64,000 nt of DNA from Longimicrobiales bacterium. GTDB lineage: Bacteria > Gemmatimonadota > Gemmatimonadetes > Longimicrobiales > Gaopeijiaceae. Shown here piece after piece: positions 10,342 through 20,782 of this stretch. The stretch covers positions 1,408,001-1,472,000 of the forward strand of contig CBDFIQ010000001.1 of the NCBI GenBank assembly GCA_965248195.1, read 5' to 3'. Position numbers and translations under genes: made by a program. The notes under the pieces were generated by a model that did not search any database, had not been told where the DNA came from, and worked only from the letters and a program-made list of their open reading frames with translations. The number at the start of each line of letters is the position of its first letter. Within the stretch, counting starts at the first letter, position 1.

Positions 10342-11451
10342 ATGTCGAACGCACGCCGCAACTATCGTAGAAGTTGTCTGCTTGCCGCGGGGATGCTGTG
10401 CCTCGCGGGGCCGTTAGCGGCCCAGATTCAGACTTCGCCGCTGGCGGGCCGGAGTGGGACGGCCGTCGTTATCGCGCAGACTAGCTCCGGCGGCTCCGAT
10501 ACTCACCTGATCGACCCCGTATCCAACGAGGTCATCGGCATCATCAAAGGCTTGGGCCTGCCACATGGCATTACGGTCAACCCCGAAGGCACCAAGTACT
10601 ACGTGACGAACGAGCACGACATCAGCGTTGACGTCGTCGACGCCCGCACCCTCCAAGTCATCAAGCGAATCCCGCTGGCTGCCCGGCCCAACAACATCGC
10701 CTCCAGCAGCCTGGCCCGTAAGGCATATGCCGCGATTGCCGGGGCTCCAATGGTCCAGGTCATCGACATGGATACCGATGAGATCGTGAAGAATATTCCC
10801 ACGGTGGGGGGGGTGCACAACACGTTCGCTACGCCCGACGGCAGATACATCGCCGCGGGCATGGTCGGGGCGCAGACGCTTTCGTTGATTGATACGAGCA
10901 CGGATGAGATCGCGTGGTCGCTTGGGCCGGAAGATATGACCGAGGGAGTGCGCCCCATGGGCTTCGAGACGAATTCGGACGGCTCGACCAGGCGGATCTT
11001 CGTGAACATATCCAGTCTCGAGGGCTTCGTGGTTGTGGATTTTGAGACGAGGGAGGTCGTGGACCGGATCGTGGCGCCGCTTGCCCCGCTGTCGAGGTAC
11101 AACCTCATCGGGGTTCGGAACTCTCTCGCTCACGGTATCGAGGTGCTCGCGGACCAGTCGGCCGTGTGGGTTGTTTCCCGTGTGTCGGGCAGGGTTGTTG
11201 GATGGACTCTTCCGGATCTCGAATGGATCGGGGACGTATACGTCGGCGTTTCATCTTGGCTTACGTCCACGCCGGACAGTCGGTACTTGTATGTCGCCTC
11301 AACGGGGCGCGACGAGACGGCTGTCGTAGACCTGGAAACGCTGACCGTCGTCGACCGAATCAAAGTCGGGGACTCGCCGAAGAGGATGCGGACCTTCTTT
11401 GTCCCGGAGGATGTGATTCGGATGACTCATCGCGCCGCGAGCGGGAGATGA
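10342..11451 (+). CDS. YncE/YVTN-type beta-propeller protein (paralog of 4970..6085)
   Basis: Shared motifs RPN, HN..PDG, VRPM and WLT.TPDSRY.YV. Confidence 0.8.
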   Translation: MSNARRNYRRSCLLAAGMLCLAGPLAAQIQTSPLAGRSGTAVVIAQTSSGGSDTHLIDPVSNEVIGIIKGLGLPHGITVNPEGTKYYVTNEHDISVDVVDARTLQVIKRIPLAARPNNIASSSLARKAYAAIAGAPMVQVIDMDTDEIVKNIPTVGGVHNTFATPDGRYIAAGMVGAQTLSLIDTSTDEIAWSLGPEDMTEGVRPMGFETNSDGSTRRIFVNISSLEGFVVVDFETREVVDRIVAPLAPLSRYNLIGVRNSLAHGIEVLADQSAVWVVSRVSGRVVGWTLPDLEWIGDVYVGVSSWLTSTPDSRYLYVASTGRDETAVVDLETLTVVDRIKVGDSPKRMRTFFVPEDVIRMTHRAASGR

Positions 11452-12392
11452 CCATGGGCAAGGCGACGCCCACGGCGGAGTGGCCTCGGAGGGTTCTCGC
11501 GATCTTATTCGTGTCGGCTGCCGCCGTGGCGCTCTCTGCCTTTGTGCTTGGAAGTGACGCGGGGCCCGTGGAGGCTGCACTCGACGCATCGTGGGCGCCC
11601 CCCCACGAGGCACAGAACGTGCTGAATTTCGAGTTCTATAGGGAAAACGTCGAACCGATCTTCATGACACGACATGGAGAGGGTGGGCTGGTCCCGGGCG
11701 CGTGTGTCATGTGTCATTCATGGCAGGTTGGGACTCCCTTTAAGCTCCAGCCATTACAACATGATGCTGGCGGTGATCCGTATTGGACCGAAGCGCGATC
11801 TCGCCACAACTTCGAGGTCGTTTCTCGTTTGGTCAGCCCCGGCTTCCCGCAGAACAGTCGTCTTCTTCGGAAGCCGCTCGCGACTGAAGCGGGAGGCACC
11901 GAATACCATGTCGGCGGCAAGTTTTGGGATTCCCAGGACGATCCGGAATGGCAGATCCTGGCCGAGTGGGTGGAATCCGCGTCGGCCCGTCCAGTAGCCG
12001 CCCGCCCGCCTCCGCCCCAAGTGGATTTCGACTTCTTCCGCAGTTGCGTGCAGCAGATATTTCTCAATCCGCGTGAAGGCGCTGTTCCTTGCACTACCTG
12101 CCACGCGGGGGGGTCGAGGGGTTTTGCTCCCCCCATTCCGGCAGGGCGCACGTATTGGAATGAAGAGGAATCGCGTCGGAATTTCGAGGTCGTAATGCGG
12201 TTTGTCACCGCTGGGTACCCGATGGAGAGCCTGTTTCTGCAGAATCCTCTTCATCCCGATGGAGGGGGGACGCCCATGCATGGTGGTGGGATACGATGGG
12301 AGTCCCAGGACGATCCGGAATGGCAGGAGCTGGCTGCATGGGTCAGAGGGGAGAACAGGGGCAGCACGTGCCCCGTGCCCCTTCAGTTCTGA
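11448..12392 (+). CDS. Membrane-anchored di-haem c-type cytochrome (paralog of 6158..7090)
   Basis: CVMCH and CTTCH; ATGA overlap with the propeller gene. Confidence 0.75.
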   Translation: MTMGKATPTAEWPRRVLAILFVSAAAVALSAFVLGSDAGPVEAALDASWAPPHEAQNVLNFEFYRENVEPIFMTRHGEGGLVPGACVMCHSWQVGTPFKLQPLQHDAGGDPYWTEARSRHNFEVVSRLVSPGFPQNSRLLRKPLATEAGGTEYHVGGKFWDSQDDPEWQILAEWVESASARPVAARPPPPQVDFDFFRSCVQQIFLNPREGAVPCTTCHAGGSRGFAPPIPAGRTYWNEEESRRNFEVVMRFVTAGYPMESLFLQNPLHPDGGGTPMHGGGIRWESQDDPEWQELAAWVRGENRGSTCPVPLQF

Positions 12393-12433
12393 AACGCGTC
12401 GCTCCGCTGGCGCCTTAACCTCTCCACAGTTCG

Positions 12434-13894
12434 TTGTCGAGTAATCGCACGGGCGAGGGGGATCCAAGGCCTTCCCCGCCGGCGAAGCTTCGTCACCTCG
12501 TGGCAGGGCCGGCCGTCTTTGTGGTGTTGCTGCTCACGCCTCTGGATGGGCTTCCGCTCGAGACTCGCGGCGCCATGGGTCTGCTGGTTTGGATGGCCTG
12601 GTGGTGGATCACCCGACCTGTGCACCTGGCGGTCACAGGACTACTCCCACTCCCGGTCGCCGCTGTCTTCGGACTCGCGCCCATGGATGAGGTCGCGACC
12701 TCGTACTCCCAAGACACGATCCTTCTCCTTTTGGGCGCGAACATTCTGACGAGCGTCTGGACCCGATGGGGGCTCGATCGGAGAATCGGCCTCGCTTCGC
12801 TACTCGGAGTGGGGACCGATACCTCCAGGCAGATCCTCGTCTGGTTTCTGGTGAGCGCGGCCCTCTCGGGCATTCTCCCGAACACGATCGTCGCCGCCAC
12901 GTTGATCCCGATCGTCGTCGCGATGTTACGCTCCATCGGCATCGAGGACCTCTGGAACAGCCGCGTCGGCACGGCACTCGTAATCGCCGTGGCCTGGGGC
13001 ACGAGCGCGGGGGGGGCCGCGACGCCGCTCGGTGGCGCCCCGAATCTTTTGACCGTCGGCTTCATCGAGGAGTCAGTCACCGGTCAGGAATTCTTTTTCC
13101 TGACCTGGGTCATGCGACTCGCTCCGATCACCGCAGTGATCGTGCTCGTGATGTTTCTCTTCCTGCGGTTCGCGATGCGGCCGGAGGTCGCCACACTACC
13201 CGGCTCCAAGGACTATTTCCGGGAAGAGGTCCGGGCGCTGGGCCCCATGAAGACGGAGGAGAAGTGGGGGCTCGCCCTGTTCGCGGTGGCGGCGGCGCTC
13301 GCGTTCGGACGGCCCCTGTATGCGCAGCTGGTGCCCAGCCTCACGCCCGCGTTCGCGTTTGTTGCGATGGCCGTGGCGAGCTTCGCGATTCGTACGCGCG
13401 AGGGGCCGCTCATCACGTGGCCCTACGCGCAGGCGAACATGTATTGGGGCCTGTTCTATCTCTTCGCCGGAGGAATCGCCCTGGGCCGGATACTGAGTGG
13501 CTCGGGTGCCGCAGAGGCCTTCGCGAACGCGCTGGTGCCGTACGCCGGCTCGGGCGGCTTCACGGCCGTGCTCGTGTTCTCTCTTCTGACGATGGTGCTC
13601 ACACAAGTCACCAGCAACACGGCAGCCATCGCGATCGTCGTCCCCATCACCATCAGTACGTTCCAGTCGCTCGATCTGAATCCGATCCCGTTCGTCTATA
13701 TCGTCGCGGTGATCGGAAACTGTGGCTTCCTCCTTCCCTCGTCCGCTGGCGGACCCGCCGTAGCGGCGGGATACGGCGTGAACCTGCAGACGATGGCCGT
13801 CAAAGGTCTCTTCGCCTCACTTCTGGTGCTCGTGACTCTGGTGGTGTTGGGATACGCGCTGGCCAGGTGGTGGCCGGCATTCGGAGTTGCGTAA
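12434..13894 (+). CDS. SLC13/DASS-family sodium:dicarboxylate/sulfate symporter
   Basis: GGAATPLGGAPN and TSNTA motifs; many TM helices. Confidence 0.9.
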   Translation: MSSNRTGEGDPRPSPPAKLRHLVAGPAVFVVLLLTPLDGLPLETRGAMGLLVWMAWWWITRPVHLAVTGLLPLPVAAVFGLAPMDEVATSYSQDTILLLLGANILTSVWTRWGLDRRIGLASLLGVGTDTSRQILVWFLVSAALSGILPNTIVAATLIPIVVAMLRSIGIEDLWNSRVGTALVIAVAWGTSAGGAATPLGGAPNLLTVGFIEESVTGQEFFFLTWVMRLAPITAVIVLVMFLFLRFAMRPEVATLPGSKDYFREEVRALGPMKTEEKWGLALFAVAAALAFGRPLYAQLVPSLTPAFAFVAMAVASFAIRTREGPLITWPYAQANMYWGLFYLFAGGIALGRILSGSGAAEAFANALVPYAGSGGFTAVLVFSLLTMVLTQVTSNTAAIAIVVPITISTFQSLDLNPIPFVYIVAVIGNCGFLLPSSAGGPAVAAGYGVNLQTMAVKGLFASLLVLVTLVVLGYALARWWPAFGVA

Positions 13895-14202
13895 TCCGAG
13901 GCAGTGGGCCACGCGATCTGTCCTTGATGCCTCCGTGCTCCGCGCCCGAAAGCTTGCCATCTCTGTCTTGGCAGCTGCACCAGGGGACCCTGCACCGATT
14001 CATTCGACATCTCGACGATGACGGCCTCGGGTTGCCTGGCGCGATCTCAGTGAATCGGAAAGGAACCCGTGTGCGAACTTGACTCTGCGAGGGCCCACCT
14101 GAGGTGCCTCCACCGCACCCAGCCAATCGATCACCACGCCTTCCACGAAGATGCTCGGCCAGGGGATCTGACGGATCAATTGGCATCCGCACGAACTCTG
14201 TT

Positions 14203-14769
14203 CTACCTCCCGACAGGGACCCGGCGCCGCAGCTCGCCGTGGAAGTTCGTGATGACCTTCAGCGTGAAGTTGGGCTCGAAGCGCTGGGGATTGTAGAGGG
14301 TGAGGAATCGCTCGCGATCGGGTGAGAGGGACACGTCGTATCCGGCCTGATTGACAAACGGACCGCGGAACACCTCTTGCGGCGTGCCCGCCTCGAACTC
14401 GGAGCTCAGGCGCACGTCCACGGCATAGAACCGGGTCCCGGCCCTGTAGAAGAGCACGGGTTCGGTCGGGTGCCACATCGCCTCCGCCAGTCCAGTACCC
14501 GACGAAATCAGGCGGCTCGGTCCCGGGCCGGGGAACGGGCTCACATAGACTTCGTACCGTCCGGACTGATCGGACATGTGGGCGATCCACTCCCCGTCGG
14601 GCGAGAAGACTAGGCGCGCGCCATCAGGAGACAGGGCTAGCGATTAGCCGGCGGCCATCGGGGCGTCCCCGGGCAGCACGAGGTCGAGCCGAGAAGAGGG
14701 CCGAAGCGGCATCTCGATGCTACGCTGGGTCCACAGCCTCCAGAGAGCCACGCCGGCCACCACTGAGGT
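14203..14769 (-). pseudogene. Remnant of a Ser/Thr kinase-associated TM + TolB-like beta-propeller gene
   Basis: One frame reads VAGVALWRLW..LDLVLPGDAPMAAG*SLALSPDGARLV-FSPDGEWIAHMSDQSGRYEVYV..YDVS..PDRERFL..VITNF; internal TAA at 14644-14646, most blades and the 5' end missing. Confidence 0.7.
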
Positions 14770-14845
14770 GTGAAAGTCCACGTCTGACATTCCCCAAATG
14801 TCGCCGTAGCCTCAAAGCATTCCGTCCATCTCCAGGAGGAAACTC

Positions 14846-17800
14846 ATGTATCGACTCAATTGTTCGTATGTGATCCGAGGCCTGGGCGCGGGTGCGATGG
14901 CCTTCTTGCTCGTAGTGCCGAGTATCGGCGCGCAGCAGGGCGGTACCGTCACTGGTCGGATACTGGACGCGCGGACCGGGGCGCCGTTGGCGGCGGCCCA
15001 GATCTTCATCTCCGCATTGGATTTGGGCGGCCTGACGCAACAGAACGGCCGCTATCTACTCCAAAACGTGCCTGCGGGCACCCACACGCTGACCGTGGCC
15101 CGCATCGGGTACCGGACGGTAGATGCGCAGGTCTTGGTCGGTGGCGGTCAAACGGTCGAGCAGAATTTCGACCTCGCCGAGGAAGCCCTGGCGCTCGACG
15201 AGATAATCGTCACGGGTACCCCCGGCGGCACTCAGCGGCGCGCCATCGGGAACACGGTCCAGCAGGTGGACGCGAGTGTGATCGCCCAGGACGTCGCCAT
15301 CACGAACTTCCAGGACTTGCTGACCGCACGGAGCACCGGCCTCCGGTTCACCGCGCGGGTAGGCAGCGTGGGTGCCGGCGGGCAGATCATGATCCGGGGC
15401 GCCGGAAGCTTCGACAACGAGCGCAGTGAGCCCCTCATCTACGTTGACGGTATCCGGGTCAACAACTCCTCCCAGGTCGGGCCGGCAACGGGAGAAGGGA
15501 GACTCTCGTCCGCCCTCAACGACTTCAACCCCGAGGATGTCGAGAGCATCGAGATTATCAAGGGACCGGCCGCCGCAAGCCTTTACGGAACCGAGGCGTC
15601 GGCGGGCGTGATCCAGATCATCACGAAGAGGGGACAGCAGGGCGCGCCCCAGTTCAACGTCTCTGTGCGCCAGGGGGTCAACTGGCTGCCCAACCCGGCT
15701 GGCCAGGTAGGCACGCAATGGACGTGCCCCACGGATTCGAGCCCCGGCCCGGTCGAATGTGAGAACGAGGCGGACCTCGTCTCGTACAACATGTACGACG
15801 AGAGCACCCGCTACATTCGCGAGGGCTACTTCGACTGGCCCACCCCGAACCTCTATCAGTACGGTCACAGCCAGAGTTACAACGTGGACGTTCGGGGAGG
15901 GGCGGAGTCGATCCGGTACTTCCTTTCGGCCAACGTCGACGATGAGGAAGGCATCGTCTGGTTCAACACAAACGAGGTGGTCCGGCTGCGCGCTAACATC
16001 GGCCTGATCTTGAGTGAGAACCTCTCCCTCGACGTCTCCACGGGGTACACGGACGGCGATACGAGGTACGCGCTGCCTGTCGGGGGCGACGGCGGCATCT
16101 GGCAGGATCTGCTCTGGTCCAACGGATTCTTCTTGGACCGTGTCACGCCGTTCTCCGATATCGAGGGTGCCCCCCGCACGGGCGGCTATCAGGAGCACCT
16201 GCCTACGGACGTCGCGGAGGTTGAGGCCACCCGGGACTTCGCCCGCTTCACAGGATCGGCGACGATGAGCTTCAACATCGATGACTTTTCCGTGGGAAGG
16301 CTCGGGACCCTCGGGATTTCGCAGCGGCTGGTCGCCGGCATCGACCGGGGATGGGACGTCAACCGGGAGTTCTACCCTCTGGAAGACGGCATCGTGCCTG
16401 AGCACCTGACGCAGTTTACGGACGAATGGGATAATGTCTTTACCGAGACGTTGGAGGGCGAGTTGGTCTACGAGCGGCCCATCCAAACGAATACCAGCCT
16501 CGACTACTCGCTCACGGCGGACCTGAACGTGAACGAGACGTGGCGCTTCCGGACGTCGGCCGGAGTCCAGTACTACGTGGATAAGCGGGACTTCTTCTCG
16601 AACTCCGGAAACGGGTTCGCCTCGACGCTGTCGACCACGATCAACCAGATTTCCCAGTCCCAGATAAGGACCTCGTTTGAGCTCATCGAAAACAAGTCCC
16701 TGGGCTTCTACGTCCAGGAGGAGGTGGGCTGGAACGATCGGCTCTTCGTGACGGGTGCCGTGCGTTTCGACGACAACTCGACTTTCGGCGTCGACGCCCC
16801 GGCACAGAGATACCCGAAGGTGTCGGGCACGTGGGTGATTTCCGAGGAGGCCTTCTGGAACTTCGACTTCGTGAGCTCACTCCGGCTGCGAGGGGCGTGG
16901 GGGAAGGCCGGTCGCCAGCCGAATTCCACTTCAAGCCAGAACATCTACATAGCGATTCCCGGGCCGGGCGGAGCCGCGGCCATCCGGCCGGAGAGCCCGG
17001 GCAACCCGGGAATCGAGCCGGAGGTGAGCACCGAGATCGAGTTGGGGTTCGACTTCGCCATACTGGACGATCGGATCTCGGGCCAGTTCACGAACTACCA
17101 GAGGAAGGACGAGCAGGCGTTGCTCGGGGTGGATATCGACCCCAGCTTCGGCTTCCCGGGTTCGGTCCAGCAGAACGTGGGCCGGATCGACAACTGGGGC
17201 TGGGAGGCGCTGCTGAGTGCCCGGCTCTACGAGAGCGGGAGCCTCACCTTCGACCTCGACCTTACCGCCGACTACACGAACAACGAGATCAAGTCCCTGG
17301 GCAACTTCCCGGGTTCGGAAAGAATCAGGATCGGCTACCCATATCCGAACTACATCGTAGACAACTTGATTACGCGGGCGGAGTTCGACCCTGCCGGCGA
17401 GTACGCGAACGTATTCAACAGGAATCTGAATGGGTGGTGCGACCCAGGGGTCCCGACGGGCCCGACCTCTCAGCACGGACTGGTGCCCGGCGGCGATGAG
17501 GTGCCCTGCCAGGACGCCCAGAACCCGATAATCCTGGCCGGGGGGGCGTTCGTAAACCACACATTCACTGTGGCGCCCAGGGTCGGCCTACTCGGGGGCG
17601 ACCTCCAGATCTTCGCGCTGGCGGAGGGTCAGTACGGCCGGACTCACCAGGATAGAGCCCATCTGTGGAGCCACGCCTACAGGAACTCGATGGCCACCAG
17701 GCTCGAAAACATCCCCACCTTTGCGCTCAACGAACGGATCAACGGAAACAGCCCGGCCTGGGGTAAAGGCCTTTTCAAAGCGGACTTTTGGAAGCTGCGT

Positions 17801-18037
17801 GAAGTCGGCGCCCGGTACACGGTTCCCGAGTCGCTGGTCCAGAAGATCGGGGGCGAGCGGGCTTCCTTCAGTTTCTCGGCGCGCAACCTCTGGACGATAT
17901 GGCGGTTGGAGGACAACCTCACGGGCGTGGTGCTCAGCGATCCCGAAACTGGGGATCCGGGCGACCTCGATAGCGGCGGCGTCTACTCCACGCCGCCTAT
18001 GGCCAGCGTGCACATGACGGTACGGATCGCCTTCTGA
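14846..18037 (+). CDS. SusC/RagA-family TonB-dependent outer-membrane receptor
   Basis: N-terminal CarboxypepD-like domain, plug IEIIKGPAAASLYG, RGAWGKAG, C-terminal Phe; AGGAGG RBS. Confidence 0.95.
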   Translation: MYRLNCSYVIRGLGAGAMAFLLVVPSIGAQQGGTVTGRILDARTGAPLAAAQIFISALDLGGLTQQNGRYLLQNVPAGTHTLTVARIGYRTVDAQVLVGGGQTVEQNFDLAEEALALDEIIVTGTPGGTQRRAIGNTVQQVDASVIAQDVAITNFQDLLTARSTGLRFTARVGSVGAGGQIMIRGAGSFDNERSEPLIYVDGIRVNNSSQVGPATGEGRLSSALNDFNPEDVESIEIIKGPAAASLYGTEASAGVIQIITKRGQQGAPQFNVSVRQGVNWLPNPAGQVGTQWTCPTDSSPGPVECENEADLVSYNMYDESTRYIREGYFDWPTPNLYQYGHSQSYNVDVRGGAESIRYFLSANVDDEEGIVWFNTNEVVRLRANIGLILSENLSLDVSTGYTDGDTRYALPVGGDGGIWQDLLWSNGFFLDRVTPFSDIEGAPRTGGYQEHLPTDVAEVEATRDFARFTGSATMSFNIDDFSVGRLGTLGISQRLVAGIDRGWDVNREFYPLEDGIVPEHLTQFTDEWDNVFTETLEGELVYERPIQTNTSLDYSLTADLNVNETWRFRTSAGVQYYVDKRDFFSNSGNGFASTLSTTINQISQSQIRTSFELIENKSLGFYVQEEVGWNDRLFVTGAVRFDDNSTFGVDAPAQRYPKVSGTWVISEEAFWNFDFVSSLRLRGAWGKAGRQPNSTSSQNIYIAIPGPGGAAAIRPESPGNPGIEPEVSTEIELGFDFAILDDRISGQFTNYQRKDEQALLGVDIDPSFGFPGSVQQNVGRIDNWGWEALLSARLYESGSLTFDLDLTADYTNNEIKSLGNFPGSERIRIGYPYPNYIVDNLITRAEFDPAGEYANVFNRNLNGWCDPGVPTGPTSQHGLVPGGDEVPCQDAQNPIILAGGAFVNHTFTVAPRVGLLGGDLQIFALAEGQYGRTHQDRAHLWSHAYRNSMATRLENIPTFALNERINGNSPAWGKGLFKADFWKLREVGARYTVPESLVQKIGGERASFSFSARNLWTIWRLEDNLTGVVLSDPETGDPGDLDSGGVYSTPPMASVHMTVRIAF

Positions 18038-18077
18038 TTGTTCTGCGAATGCGACATCAGCGATAAGACAATACGAC

Positions 18078-19706
18078 ATGAGCGATAAGACTATGACTAT
18101 GCAACTAGAAAGTAGGACTACTAGGAGGGCCGCCTTCGGGCTGATCCTCGGCCTGTCGCTGGGAGCGCTGAGCGCCTGCGACAGCCTGCTGGAGGTGGAT
18201 TTGCCCCACCTGCTCACGGACGCTGCGCTCGGGCCTGACGGCACGGCCGAGACCCAGGTCAACTCGGCTATCGCCCTCTTCGAGTGCGGGTCTTCCGCCT
18301 TCGCCAATTTTGCGCTCGGTCACGAGGACGTATTGGAGCAGGTTGCCGGTTCCGGGAGGAATCTGCACAGATTCGACCCCAACCCCGGGGGCGGCGACTG
18401 TGACAGCGCTTCAAATGACCGTAGCTTTTTCGACCAGATCGCGGGCGCTCGGGCGCTGCTCACAACCGCGCCGGAGCGACTCGTCGCCACGGCGGAGGGC
18501 ACAGGTAGCGGGGTCTACGACCGGATACAGGACGAATGGAACCTCGGGCAACCGGGGGAGAGGCTCTCGGCGATCGCCGCCATCTACGTGGCTGCCTCCC
18601 TCGATCTCTTCGGGGAGTTCATGTGCGAGGCGTCCATCGATGGCAGCGACCTTATGACACCGACCGACGTACTCGACCTAGCGGAGGAGTGGATCACGGA
18701 CCGAGCGCTGGTGCACATCGGCAACTTCGGAGACTTTACGATGCCCTTCGGCATCGCGAGCAGCGCCACGACCATGGCGATGGGGCTCCGGGCCCGGATC
18801 CGTTGGGCGAACGGCGATCTAGCGGGCGCCGCAGCTGACGCAGCGACCGTACCCGATGACTTCACCGCCTGGGTCACCCGTGAGACCGGCTCGACGCGGA
18901 GGAACAAAACCTATCACAGCGCACGGGCGAATGGCTTCAGCGGCATGTACGGGATCATCGACTGGTGGCTCCCGGGAATCCGACGGCCGAATCCGGTGAC
19001 GGGCGTAGCTTGGCCCAACCCCATCCCGTTCACCGGCTACATCTTCCTGGGCATCATGCCGGACGGACGTGCGCTCGAGGCCGGCAACCTTCCCGTCCGG
19101 TGGGCGGAGGAAATTCGGGACATCAACGACGACCCGATTCCGCTGGGTAACGGTGCGGTCGTGGATACCCGGGTCCCGCACATCAAGAAGCCGATCCAGG
19201 GCCCGGAGCCCCGGGAAGTCCCCGACAACTACGCGTCCGAGGACGAGAACGAGCCATTGGTGTTGTGGCGGGAGATGCGCCTCATCGAGGCCGATTTCGC
19301 GCTCTCGCAGGGAAATCTACAGGGGGTCATCGACATTGTGAACGCTCTCCGGGTCTTTCACAACCTCCTCCCGATCTCGGGTGCGTACCTGGCGACGCTA
19401 CAGGCCGACGCCGACGAGGTCCGCTACATGCTCCTCGAGGAGAGGCGGAGGGAGCTCTTCGCCTCCTCAGGCCGGTACTGGTCGACGAAGATTCAGAATA
19501 CGGACCTGCTCTGGTTCCCCAGACGCCAGGGACAGACGCCGTTCAATACCTACGACTTGCTCGGCGGGGTCCGCCTGCTGTTCGACCCTGACACGTACCT
19601 TCTCAACCCCCACTTCGTCGAGCGGGGCGGCAACGACGCTCGGACCACCGGCTGTACCTCGTTGCCGATGAGCCAGGAACCCGTGGGACCCTTCACAAGT
19701 AACTGA
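18078..19706 (+). CDS. SusD/RagB-like lipoprotein
   Basis: Lipobox LSAC, WREMRLIEA and EERRRELF; follows SusC. Confidence 0.9.
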   Translation: MSDKTMTMQLESRTTRRAAFGLILGLSLGALSACDSLLEVDLPHLLTDAALGPDGTAETQVNSAIALFECGSSAFANFALGHEDVLEQVAGSGRNLHRFDPNPGGGDCDSASNDRSFFDQIAGARALLTTAPERLVATAEGTGSGVYDRIQDEWNLGQPGERLSAIAAIYVAASLDLFGEFMCEASIDGSDLMTPTDVLDLAEEWITDRALVHIGNFGDFTMPFGIASSATTMAMGLRARIRWANGDLAGAAADAATVPDDFTAWVTRETGSTRRNKTYHSARANGFSGMYGIIDWWLPGIRRPNPVTGVAWPNPIPFTGYIFLGIMPDGRALEAGNLPVRWAEEIRDINDDPIPLGNGAVVDTRVPHIKKPIQGPEPREVPDNYASEDENEPLVLWREMRLIEADFALSQGNLQGVIDIVNALRVFHNLLPISGAYLATLQADADEVRYMLLEERRRELFASSGRYWSTKIQNTDLLWFPRRQGQTPFNTYDLLGGVRLLFDPDTYLLNPHFVERGGNDARTTGCTSLPMSQEPVGPFTSN

Positions 19707-19743
19707 AGGCCTGACGGTGGTGTGACGGAAAAGTGCCGGAACG

Positions 19744-19773
19744 GGGCTCGGGGGCAGCGCTGCCCCCGAGCCC
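19744..19773 (+). terminator. Perfect 30-bp palindrome, probable terminator or stabilising hairpin after susD
   Basis: gggctcgggggcagc|gctgcccccgagccc followed by a weak T-rich tail (ggcttgtt). Confidence 0.65.
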
Positions 19774-19868
19774 GGCTTGTTGGTGGGCCAGGCATGCCCT
19801 GTGTCTTGTGTCTGGAGTGAGAGTCTCTAGACCAAACTTCCGGGACCAGCCTCGAGGGAAACACCGCT

Positions 19869-19943
19869 GACGTCGAACTCCTGACGATCGCGGCCGAGGG
19901 CCGGCTGTCGGAGCCGGGCGTCCTCGAGCGACAGGTGGACCGC
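19869..19943 (+). pseudogene. 25-codon remnant resembling a DUF1592 segment
   Basis: DVELLTIAAEGRLSEPGVLERQVDR resembles the PDxELLxxAxxGxLxxPxVLxxQVxRM motif. Confidence 0.55.
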
Positions 19944-19988
19944 GGCTCGGCGCAATCTTTAGGAGGGGCTCAGCCGTGTCGGCTCGGC

Positions 19989-20024
19989 TTGTCGCCCCTT
20001 CCTTGGGTAGTATATTAGTAGTAT
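19989..20024 (+). promoter_or_regulatory. Probable leaderless promoter of the TA operon, overlapped by a direct-repeat operator
   Basis: TTGTCG-16-TATATT ending 6 nt before the ATG; GTAGTAT repeated at 20007 and 20018. Confidence 0.5.
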
Positions 20025-20289
20025 GAAAGTGAAGACATCTATCACACTCTCCGAAGATCTCCTGAACGAGGTGGATCGAGCCGCCGGGTCCGAATCACGC
20101 TCTACTTTCATCGAGGGCGTGCTCAGGGGCTTCCTTCGGAGACGGGCGCTCAATCAGGAACAGGACCGGGACCGGGGAATTCTCGATCGTGTTGCGGAGG
20201 CGTTGAACGAAGAGGCATTTGACGTGCTCCAGTACCAAACCACGTGGCTCGAGGGGGTAGACGAGGTCCCTGAGGGATCGGAAGGATGA
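20023..20289 (+). CDS. Ribbon-helix-helix antitoxin (MazE-like role)
   Basis: [25 protein letters not shown] pattern; ATGA overlap with the toxin. Confidence 0.85.
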   Translation: MKVKTSITLSEDLLNEVDRAAGSESRSTFIEGVLRGFLRRRALNQEQDRDRGILDRVAEALNEEAFDVLQYQTTWLEGVDEVPEGSEG

Positions 20290-20609
20290 GGAGGGGCGAG
20301 TTCTACCGAGTGCGGAGGCCCGACGGAGAAAAGCGCGATTCCCGAGTCTACGTGGTCGTTAGCCGGCAGGCCCTAGTCGACTCGCGTTTCGCTACCGTAG
20401 TCTGTGCGCCCATCTACTCACGGGGCGATGGGCTCTCCACCCAGGTTCCGGTTGGGCCTGATCAAGGCCTGAAGCACGATTCGTGGATCATGTGCGACAA
20501 CCTCGTGAGCGTTCAGAAGGCGCGGCTGACTGACTACGTCGGTTCCCTGACCGGGGTGCTCGCCTCCAAGCTAAATCGCGCCTTGAGGAGTGCCTTGGAC
20601 CTACTTTGA
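20286..20609 (+). CDS. mazF: MazF/PemK-family endoribonuclease toxin
   Basis: [40 protein letters not shown]. Confidence 0.9.
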   Translation: MRRGEFYRVRRPDGEKRDSRVYVVVSRQALVDSRFATVVCAPIYSRGDGLSTQVPVGPDQGLKHDSWIMCDNLVSVQKARLTDYVGSLTGVLASKLNRALRSALDLL

Positions 20610-20782
20610 GTACTGGGAGGCGAGGTCGGCTCGATCCGAAGGGCACGGCGGACGGGCACGATGGTCGCAATTCAAGGGGACCGAAGTCTCTTTCCTTGCG
20701 TGACGAGCAGGAAACCACATATTCTTGCCCGAACAACCCCCGATCTGCGGTTTCGCGAGAGGGGGATCAAGGCGAGGTGTTA

